Below, piece after piece: positions 51,301 through 61,646 of a stretch of 64,000 nucleotides of DNA. The position numbers and the translations under genes were made by a program. Numbering within the stretch: the stretch's first letter is position 1; each line of letters opens with the position of its first letter. The notes under the pieces were generated by a model. The model was given only the letters and a program-made list of their open reading frames with translations. It did no database searches and was not told the DNA's origin. The DNA comes from Thalia democratica (Eukaryota), in assembly GCA_965202585.1 (NCBI GenBank), contig OZ241834.1, positions 25,544,001 to 25,608,000 on the forward strand, read 5' to 3'.

Positions 51301-52586
51301 ATAATACTAGGTATAAGTAAATACACTTAGATAGTTATACATAAATTATTCCAAAATGAATAATAATCTCATCTTTAACAGCCTCATAGTAAGGTGTATA
51401 AATTGATTAGTTTTTTTATAATATCATTTTAATTACATTAAAAAAAAGTATCAATAATGTTCCAACCTGTTTCGCCTGTTTGACGGCTTCGTAGTAGGGT
51501 CTTAGTAGCATATTAATTATACATCATTATAAACCTAATCCCACCTGTTTCGCCTGTTTGACGGCTTCATAGTAGGGTCTTAGTAGCATATTAATTATAC
51601 ATCATTATAAACCTAATCCCACCTGTTTCGCCTGTTTGACGGCTTCGTAGTAGGGTCTTAGTAGCATATTAATTATACATCATTATAAACCTGATCCCAC
51701 CTGTTTCGCCTGTTTGACGGCTTCGTAGTAGGGTCTTAGTAGCATATTAATTATACATCATTATAAACCTAATCCCACCTGTTTCGCCTGTTTGACGGCT
51801 TCGTAGTAGGGTCTTAGTAGCATATTAATTATACATCATTATAAACCTGATCCCACCTGTTTCGCCTGTTTGACGGCTTCGTAGTAGGGTCTTAGTAGCA
51901 TATTAATTATACATCATTATAAACCTAATCCCACCTGTTTCGCCTGTTTGACGGCTTCATAGTAGGGTCTGGCCTTCGCTATGGACTTCTCTTTGTTCCT
52001 GGTCAGGTCCTGCAGCATCTCCTTCGCATCCTGCCTCAGCTTAGTGAACCTGCACCTCTCAGCTGACAGCTCCGTTTCAAGCCGGTTGATCTCGTCAGTC
52101 GCCTGGTTGAGCGAGTCAAGCTCTGTCTGAATATTTTTAAAATGTTATTGTTTATTAATTTTAAAAAGTATGGTAGATTATCTCTACTAAAAAAAATTTT
52201 GAAAATGTTGAAAAAGTTTCAGCTTGACAATTAAAATTAAATTTTAAAGTCCTTTTAAACTGTTAGTTTATATTGTTAAAATAGAAAACTGAAGTTTAGT
52301 CTAAAAAGACAAAAACAAAAAGCAACATGTGTATTCTTTTTTTTTTTAACTAACTTTCTACTTTTATTTATTAAGTACTGTTAAGTTATGGTTTAAATTA
52401 AAATCAATGGTAAAAAAAGGTTTTGTCCAATTATTAAAATTTAAACAGTTAAATGCCACTTTAGCAAAAGCAAAAATATCTTTTATCATTACTTAAACCA
52501 GTATTTTTAACTTAGTATCAACAAATGATAAAAACAAAAATAAAAATTACTTTTACTCTCGGGTCTACTTCTCCTTCCTCAGACAT
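42332..52586 (-). CDS. SH3BP5: SH3 domain-binding protein 5 family (SH3BP5/SH3BP5L, parcas, REI-1; Rab11 GEF), 8 exons, 401 aa
   Basis: Exons are 52586-52551, 52126-51935, 48363-48170, 44425-44275, 43933-43714, 43279-43193, 42927-42826 and 42555-42332 (1206 nt; phases 0,0,2,0,1,1,1). The protein reads MSEEGEVDPRVK-TELDSLNQATDEINRLE...KARPYYEA...HRAAKETIRLMEQ...AWQE...TRSE...KYKTSLKNLEVISSEIHQRR. It is collinear with human SH3BP5 as I recall it (DPRIQGELEKLNQSTDDIN, RAAKETISLAEQ, AWQEM, ALKNLEMISDEIHERR). SH3BP5 versus SH3BP5L orthology is not resolved. Confidence 0.93.
44189..44233 (-). other. Candidate 45-nt in-frame micro-exon, a duplicate of the SH3BP5 exon 4 3' end
   Basis: tttag|TCA ACT ACC ACA TTC GCT AAC GAG CAA GTT GAG CTC ATT TTG AAA|gtatct (STTTFANEQVELILK), compared with the exon 4 end ERVELILQ. 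It is phase 0-0 and lies 41 nt after the exon 4 donor. Confidence 0.45.
48614..48700 (+). mobile_element. Decayed left end of the CAGGGTTTCCCAAA hAT family
   Basis: cagggtttgacaacataggagatgtcgctcacttagggaagattt aligns with cagggtttcccaaagtgggcgatatcgcccccctgggggcgattt (29615). Confidence 0.6.
51462..51970 (-). repeat. 78-bp tandem array: last 34 nt of SH3BP5 exon 2 plus first 44 nt of intron 2 (7 exon-end copies)
   Basis: Units start at 51462, 51540, 51618, 51696, 51774, 51852 and 51930 and are near-identical. The 51930 copy is the real exon end. Confidence 0.97.
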
Positions 52587-52629
52587 ATTCAAACTTTTAT
52601 TTTAAAATAATAATCAAATTCTAAAGCTT

Positions 52630-52653
52630 CTAAAATAAAGTAAAAAAAGTTAG
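52630..52653 (-). promoter_or_regulatory. Splice acceptor 43 nt upstream of the SH3BP5 ATG (5'UTR intron or trans-splice site)
   Basis: Minus strand reads cCTAACtttttttactttattttAG: branch-like CTAAC, U-rich tract, AG. Confidence 0.5.
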
Positions 52654-54975
52654 GTAACTAGAGAAAACATGTAAAAAAAGCTTAAAAGTAAAAACAGCTT
52701 AGTTTTAAAGCTTAAAAACAAAAACAGTTATTAAAAAATTACTATCTGTCATGTGAAAGATAAAGACGTTTATTGCTTAAGTATAAGACAAAAAAAAAAA
52801 CAATATTTATCTATACATGATAAAATTTAAATAAGATTAAATATGTTCAACGAAAACTTTTTTTATTTATTAAATCTGGATAAAAGTACTTTTTAGTCTA
52901 AGAGTTTCTAATAACCTTCAGTTATATTTAAATATACTGAAGGTGAGTTTGTGATATTTGGACTTGTTAGAAATCATATTAGATAATATATCTTTTTTTT
53001 TAGCTGTTATTTGTAAAAACTACGTTAGTGTAACTTATAAAAATTAAAAGTAACTCTTTCTTTTTAAATCAAACACATAATAAAAAATTTCAAATTGAAA
53101 AGCATCATGTCACCAATATTTATAACAAGTTTACTTTTGTTTTACTTGAAAAGACAGTCTTATAAAAAAATGAAAGCATGACAAGTATGTGTGATGCATT
53201 ATTGTTTATGCTCGTTTGAACAAACAAAACTTGCAACCTTTGTATTTCATGCAGGTGAAACGAAAATGCGAGAGAAAGAAAAGAATATATTGCTTTTTTT
53301 GAAGGCAATCAAAAGTAAAATGCAATTTACGTTTATGATAAAAGTGAATTGCTTCCTATTGAGTGTGCTTCAGTTTGAATATAAACTTATTTGAAAAAAC
53401 TGCGTTTGATTTAAATACTAATAGTCATAACAATCTTTAATAGACTTACTTTTGATTTTGTATATAAACATAGTAATGACAAAAAAAATTAACAGTTATT
53501 TTTGGATTACTTTTTCTCAAGTTTATTTACTGCAATGTCATAAAAACTTTTTACTTGTAATTTTTATACTTAAACTAGATATTAATTTTTGTAAAACTTT
53601 TGATGGTTTGCATTTATCTAAATGTAAGTTGTTTTAAAGTATATGGTTATTGCAACTTTTGTTAATATTTTCGTTGTTACTTTTTTAATAACTCAGTAAA
53701 CGTTTATCTTTATTTTGTTTTTGACGTTTGGTGTTTTTTTAAAACTTAAAAGTTGAATTACGTGTGTATATTCGAGAACAGTAAACAACAAAAATTTTTT
53801 CAGTTTTATAGTAGTTTTAAAGCTTTTATTTATTTTTGATACTAATATTTGTATACACAAAAATTACCATAGTTGACAAGTATAGTTTACATTGTGTTTA
53901 CTGTTTAAACCTTATCTCGCTTTATTGGAGTAAAGAATTAAAATTAGCTCCTAAATTTTTATGTTAAAAGATGTTATAGACTCTTAAAAAAGGCCGCTAA
54001 TTTAAAAACAAAAACTTTTCCTTATTAAAGTAATAGTTATCATTCTAAAAACTTTGTAAAAATTTTAATTATTTACTGTTTTCCAAACTAAATACTTTTA
54101 AATGTAATTGGTGCATTAAAACCAAATATATTTGTTAAAGTTTTGGTTTAACTATCAAACTTTTATTACAATTATATTCATGATTTTTAAACTGGAATAT
54201 CAGAATGTTGAGCATACAACATACACCAATTTGTATTTTAAATAGTTACTTTATAAGATTTAATCTTTATTTAACTACGTCCTACTTACTTCTAAAAAAT
54301 AAAAGTTCAAAAACAAATAATTTTGTGTTCATAAAAAGTAACAATGTCTAGGAAACTTTAATTTTTTAATGCTGAAACGGATTGTAGTAATCTTTTATTT
54401 AGGTTTGATTAATTAAATTAAACAAGGTTCCGCTTATTTAAAATCTTTTTTATTCAATGAATAGTTTTTTTTTTTGTAACAACAAATTTGACTTAAAGCA
54501 CCATGTGTATGTTCAACCAACTTTTCGTTAAAACTATTTTCAAACTTTTTTCATATTTTTTTCTATTGTGACTTATTTTGTTGTATACCGGATATTTGCA
54601 TTTTTTAATGCAACAAGAAAACATAGACAGAGATTAAAAGCTATTTAAAAGTTAAGAACAGAAATTTTTATACAAAAATTTGCTCGCGAGCCGCGCTGTA
54701 TTGAAAAAAGTCTCAACTGGATGGCAGTTTTATAGAGAAAAAGTGATAATAAGTTAAAATGATATCATAGGGCGAAAACTTCATAAAGTTTTAAAATAAA
54801 AGCTTAGTAGTTTAGTTACCAAGTTTTAAATTAACATTTTTACACTAAATTCTTGCACAAAAAGTCGTTTTTCACTGTTTTAGTACATCACTAGTAGCTG
54901 ATGCCTGATTTTGAAAAAGAATAAAAAACTAAAATTATTCATAACTAGAATCATTGAAATCTAGTCGGTGCGAGC

Positions 54976-56635
54976 ATGAAACTATCTGCTGCAGAGGTAG
55001 TATATATTCGGTTAGTGGGTTAAATAAGTACTATGAATTTATGTGTCCTGGAAAAAAATACTCATGCATTACTAATAACATGGGAAAGTAGGAAAGATGC
55101 CTGATTTGTATATTTATTTTTATGCTAAATTTTAAAGGATAAAATCTTACTCTTTGTTGTTCGTAAAGATCATTTTTTTCTTAACATTTTTTTTAACAGA
55201 TCTTTATCAATATTTTGTCGTTATCGGAACAACTTACACAGTGTAGGTGAAAAATATTTTACTCGCATATATTTTTTTTTGGTAGATATAGATATTAATA
55301 AAATAAATCATGTTTTAGTTTTGTACTTTATTCGTCTAAGTCAACCAAAGGTGTTTTATGAGAAAAATTTTCAACTCATTTTTAACTCTAAAACGATACT
55401 GAAAACTATAGTTTACAGTAAAAAATAAACGGCTTGGTATTTATAAAAAAACATTGACACAAAAAATTTATTTATCCATCGGATACCTAAAAGTAAAAAC
55501 TGCATCCGGGTAAGACTGCAATTTTTCAATCACTCCTTTGTTCGACAACCAGTTCGCAGACACATGCACTAGTGATTATTATGATTTGTTTCTCGTGCGT
55601 AAATACATGGTAGCTCCGTGGTTCATCATTTCGAGATTTACGCATGTTTATACTCACTGGGATTGGTGTGCAGGTTTGTGTTTAAGGTATTTATATGAAT
55701 TTTGTAGAAACTGGTTCTTTGTATTTGTAATTAACTATTTGTAATCAATGTTATAATTGCGATTGCTAGAACGAAAAATGATTCCCAAAGTTTGATCATA
55801 ATAAAAAAGTATGTACAGGAATGATTTCAATTCATTTTTTATTTTAAGTAATAGTACCATAAAGATTTAACATTTGAACATTTATAAGTAAAGGTTAAAA
55901 TAATAAGACGATTTTATAACTAGCAAAAGCTTAAGAAAGTATTTCAAAATATTATTAAACATTATGACTTTGAATTTATCTAAAAAAACTAACTAAATCA
56001 CAAGCAAAAATTTAAAACGTCTCTTAAGATAAAAAAAATATTAGACACTGTCAAAAATTAGTTGATTATTTAAAGTTTATAAACATTAATAAAAAAACTG
56101 TAGATTACACATGGAGTCATACAATGTCTGCTTATAAAGGACCAATGACAAAAGAGTATTATTTCAATAAAAACTACGTATCAAATAATTACAACACTGC
56201 AAAAGAAATTTGTAAATCGAAAGGATACGGTTGGGATATTGCTGACTTTAGTTTTATAATGGAAAATGAAAATGTTTCTCAGCAAGAGAACTTAAAACAA
56301 AACAATCAAGTTGTAAAAGTTAGGTAATTTTAAGTTCATTTATTTTGTTGATAAGACATTTATTTTTATAGTATTTGTTAAGCAGTTTTAAATAAGTTAT
56401 AAAGAATATATTCATAGCTTTTAATCTATTTTTAAATTTAAATGTAGAAGTTGTTTAATTTTTTTGTAGGGAAATATTATACCCTTTGGTTTCATATGAA
56501 GAAAACTATTGGGTCCGAAACATAAACAATGATAAAACTTGCATCAAATTAAAACACGAAGTTTTGAGAATTACTTCATGTTCTGAAGAAAAATCATATT
56601 TTGTTTGTCAACGAGATTTGATGTTTATGACTTAA
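54976..56635 (+). CDS. FN2/CTLD paralog 1: FN2 exon inactivated; predicted CTLD-only secreted product (or pseudogene)
   Basis: Tentative exon 1 is 54976-54996 (MKLSAAE), then exon 2 at 55200-55242. Dead exon 3 at 55476-55673 has its acceptor changed AG to AT and a TAA at 55511-55513. Exons 56104-56323 and 56470-56635 are open, with the CTLD cysteines kept. Confidence 0.65.
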
Positions 56636-58788
56636 AATAGATTAACATTTTTTGTATTCGTAAATTTATAGCCATTTAAATCTAACAACTATTATTTTTA
56701 GATTTTAAGTTGTCGATAGTTTATCAAAACTATCATTTTTGTTGCTATATATACAACGTTTTAAAAATATTATAAGATGAAAAAATGTTTAATTTTGTAT
56801 CTAAGTTGTTTATTTTTTAATATTATTTGGTTTACTTGTCATTAAGAAAAAATCATACTTAAATTTTTCTTTTTTAAATTTTGTAATTTGGAAGAATATT
56901 TCATCTTAGATGAAACTTATAAACAAATCAAAAACTTTTATAAAAAAAAAGCTGATAAACTTTTTTTTTTGTGAAACTGTAAACTATTTTTCTATTTAAT
57001 GTTTATATTTCTTATGATCTCTATTGATTAATAAAAACAAAATAACTAATAGTTTTTTAACTGATAACAGAATAAGATTTTTCTATAGACTAGAGTTTTA
57101 TACAATCTATTTCGAAGGCTTTATAATACTAACACTTTTATTTTGTAATAAGTAATTTCTTTACTTAAGTACCTATTTCTTTAAATGTGAAAACAAACTA
57201 AGCCATAACTACTTTAACAAGTACAATTATAAAAAATAAGTATTTACTACACAAAAGAAAGTAATATGCAAATATATGAAAACCTATGTCTATTAAAAAA
57301 AATCAGTTTCAAACTTTTACAAGTCTATGAAAACTTTTCAGTTAAGTAAATTAAAATTTTAAAAGGTGTAGGAAGTTTATATATAATTTGGTTGTTCTCT
57401 CAACGAACATGTAGCATTTATGTTTGTTGTATTATGTTTCAATATTTTAATAATTCACACCATCATTCATAAGTTATAGTATATATTTGTATATATATAT
57501 AAATACTGTAACTACTCATAAAATTTATAAGTTCAAGGACGTTTTAGTTTTATAAATATAATAAATCAAACAATTATCTTTTTTAACCACATTAGGATGT
57601 CAAATATATAAGTTCAAAATATACACTTTTTCAAAGTCACAAACAAACGTATCAGTTTTTAGTTATTCATATATTTTCTTTATTTACATAAATTTTTTGT
57701 TTAGTAAAAGCTTTCAAATAAATTTTGGTCAGAAGATAGTGAAAATTAATTTTTAAAATTCTATATACTTAATTTAGACTAATTTTTAAGTAGATTTTTT
57801 TTATAATGTTACTTTTAAAAATATTTTTTTACTACCTTATATACCTAAATCAGCGTTTTTGAAACACATTCTCTACTGAATAGCATTTAATATTTTATAA
57901 AACTTTTAGCTTGTTAAAACAAAAGTTGTTTATAACTTCCAATTGGAGACTTAAAAAGCTAAAAAAATCTGTAAAAAAAACATAAAAATTTGTAAAGGAA
58001 TTATGGTTTAAAATTTATTTTTGTTCAAACTTTTTAAACTTAGGTTTTATATAAAGTATTGAAATATAAATAGGTATTAAAATATAATGTGTTTTTAGGA
58101 AGCTAAACTTTGAAAATTAAAACTGCTATTTTTGATTAAATCTACCATGGTTTCTTAAGTAAGTTTTAAATTTTATGAGTTTACTACAGCAGGTTTTTAA
58201 AAAATAGTTTGTTTAATGTATCTGAGAATAATAGAAATTATAATTACATTTAAGCCTTATTAGCTTACGCAGGTTGTGACATACTTATTAACTTTAAGCT
58301 CTAGTAAAAAATAGCAAATTGCTTGAAAAAATAAAGTAAATTGGTCTACAAATAGTCAAAACAAGTTAAACAACATTGAAATAGTTAGTTGCGACTTGAA
58401 ATGTTTTTATTTAGCTTTTAAGTTAACGTTTTCATAATAGTTCTAAAAATAAATAATTTTACTAAAAACACAAAACAGTTATGTAATATCTAAATTAAAT
58501 CTTAATGATTGTATAATTCGTTGTTTTCTTTTTATCATAGGTACTTTACAAGTGTTAGAATAAACTATTTGTTAACCTCTAAGTATATAAAAAACATATC
58601 TATACTTAGTATTTATAAATGTTTACATAAAAATTTCATAACAAAAAACAATTTATTAAGTTTGTAAATGCTTTACAGGAATGTTTTTCTATTTATTGCA
58701 TACTACTTTATATAATTTGTTTTACAAGATCAGAATAAATCATAGTTTGTTGAATGTTAAGAAAAAATTTGATTTTGATTTGAAACAG

Positions 58789-59742
58789 ACGAGCATAAAG
58801 TTATTGTTATAGGAAAATTTATTAATTTTTCAAAAAACATAAAACTTTAATGTCAATTATTTTCCTTATCTTAAAAGCTATCTAAAATTTTTTTTTTTAT
58901 TTTAGAGAAGGCACCTTTGCCTTTAATTTAAAAAAAAAAATTATTTAATTTGGGGTTGGAATTATTTCATGGGGTCCCTCCAAAAATAAAGGTTTTTTTT
59001 CGTTTTTTTTCATCAAATGGTATTAGAACCAAAAATAAATATTTTTTTTAATTTTTTTTTTTTGATTTCCCTTAGTTTGCATGTTATGAAAACTCTTAAA
59101 TAGTTATTTTATAAATAATGTTAATATCTTTTACGATTTGGCCCAAAATCAAAATGTAGTATATTACACTATCATTTGCCTTGGCCATTTCCTAGATAAA
59201 AAATTGATAAAAGGAAAAAAAAAGTTAATAAGAATGTGAATATACAACAAATGTAATTAAATTATTTTATTTTAATTTAGTTTGATGTAATTCACATTCT
59301 TATTAACTTTTTTTTTCCTTTTATCAATTTTTTATCTAGGAAATGGCCAAGGCAAATGATAGTGTAATATACTACATTTTGATTTTGGGCCAAATCGTAA
59401 AAGATATCAACATTATTTATAAAATAACTATTTAAGAGTTTTTATAACATGCAAACTAAGGGAAATCAAAAAAAAAAATTAAAAAAAAATATTTATTTTT
59501 GGTTCTAATACCATTTGATGAAAAAAAACGAAAAAAAAACTTTATTTTTGGAGGGACCCCATGAAATAATTCCAACCCCAAATTAAATAATTTTTTTTTT
59601 TAATTAAAGGCAAAGGTGCCTTCTCTAAAATAAAATAAAAAAATTTTAGATAGCTTTTAAGATAAGGAAAATAATTGACACTAAAGTTTTATGTTTTTTG
59701 AAAAATTAATAAATTTTCCTATAACAATAACTTTATGCTCGT
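58789..59742. mobile_element. 954-bp foldback (near-perfect palindrome), MULE-like
   Basis: Arms of about 453 bp (58789-59241 and 59290-59742) begin ACGAGCATAAAG and differ at only a handful of sites. Perfect 9-bp TSD ttgaaacag (58780-58788, 59743-59751). Confidence 0.93.
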
Positions 59743-60099
59743 TTGAAACAGCTGTGTGTAAATTTCGGAAAAGTTTTATTTACGTAGAAGTTACCTTTTT
59801 TTTTTTAAGTTTTGTTTAATGTTGTAGATAAAATGTTGTTGTTTACTTTAGTCTTTACTATTCATTACAATTTTTATACTAAGTACTCACAGAAATAAAT
59901 AATAGCATAAAATGTTTAAAACAACACTTATGTCTATAAAGTTTTGAAGCTAGTTACATAATTATTAAAAAATAATAATAAAGTTGTTTCAAACTTTATG
60001 TAAAGAAGTCAAAATGCAAAACAAACTTGCATTAATTTTTTTAATGTAAGTTTTATATAAATAACAAAAAATAAAATTTCCTTTGTTTTGAACATAAGG

Positions 60100-60170
60100 C
60101 TTTTTCACACTAATCAGATCATCAGTCCTTATTAGCACTCATCAGGTCTCAGTCTTCCGAAGGCTTGAGG
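60100..60170 (-). ncRNA. Degenerate hammerhead-like motif related to 36486-36543
   Basis: Minus strand reads ctcaagccttcggaagactgagacCTGATGAGtgctAATAaggaCTGATGAtctgattagtgtGAAA. It shares ctcaagcc, agactg, CTGATGAG and the AATA-looped stem II with the 36.5-kb motif. Confidence 0.4.
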
Positions 60171-61646
60171 TCTGATAATCGAGTTGCTATGTTCAAACCT
60201 TATGTTACTTAAAGCGGCAGGCAAAATGTCAGACTTAGGCTCTGTATAATTTCGCCGATGTTTTCGTTGATCTTTTTTAAACAAAGTTAATATATAAACT
60301 GATTTGTTTAATATATATTAAAACAACTTAAAACTCATTAATAAAATAAAACAGATTATTTATTAAGATGTATTACATGTTGTTAATCTGTATACATTTT
60401 TTTAACTGGTTGTGGTCGATATTTTTTCCTTTTCATACAAATATACCCTAATAAACTTTCGTTTTCATTAATATCATTTTGTATATGCTTTTTATTTTCA
60501 TGTTTTATTAATCATGGAATATGTAATTATCAATTGGACTGTTCTTTATTTATGTTTATATAAACTTTGTATGACCTTTTAAATATTTTTGCTCCTTTGT
60601 TTTAATCATGAGATATGCAAGTTTAAATTGCGTTGTTGGTTATTTTCGTGAAATAAGTAAACTGGAATATTTTTGTTTCACATATTGGATTTTTTATACC
60701 ATCTAAAAATCAAAAAAATCATGGTTCCATCAATTCTTTTTTTTTTTTGATACAGTACAACTTATTTTAAACTATATATTTTTTTTACTACTTTTAGGTT
60801 TTTTTTTGAAGTAAAAGACAATTCTATTTTGAACATAGCGTTTTACGGGTAAATAGTGCGTACCCGCCGGCTACTAAGCTGCAACTGTTCAAATAAAAAT
60901 ATATAATTTCATAAAGTTAAACAAGTTGTGCAAAAAACAATAAGTTTAAGTACAACTAAAATATAATAAAACTAGGAAATTTTTGTTTATGTATTTCTTG
61001 TACTGTTTGGAAGTTTTGTAGGAAAAACAAAATTTCCTAGGCCAACAATTCGTTATTTTATACAAATCACGACTAACATAAGTGTATTTAAAACTAAAAC
61101 ATATTAATATTATATTTAAATCTAGTTATCAACTTGAGTTTAAAAGTTTAACAGAAGTAAGGAAGTTGTTTATTGTTTTAAAATGATCTTTATTCGGTTA
61201 AAAATTAGTGTTACAGCAAACTCTGAAATTACAAATAAAGTATTAAAAGTTTAACATTAGTTTAAAACAAATAAGTTACATAATAAAATTAAAAGGATAA
61301 TAAGTATAAAATTATAGTTCACATATTTACGTGTAACAATTGTTTCCTTTTTTGTTGTTATTTATGTGCACAAAAACCTTTTTGTTTGTGTTATAGATAT
61401 ATTATCACTATAATATGTTACAATACTGTAAGAAGTCATGTTACTATAATTACATAATGACTTAAACTGTATTCAAATAGAATTTGTTTACTTTCTAATA
61501 AAAATTTTTGCCTAATGTTTTATGAACTTATTTATACAGAAATTTAATGTTTTTTCTATAGTGATCAAAACAAGCAATACTTTATACAATTGCTTACAAA
61601 AAACTTACTTAAAACTTTTTTAAACACCAAAAAAAAAAGAATCGAA

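Noticed and set aside
51462-51970. CRISPR-like array
   Set aside because: Whole 78-bp units are near-identical with no unique spacers, and the unit derives from a host exon-intron junction.
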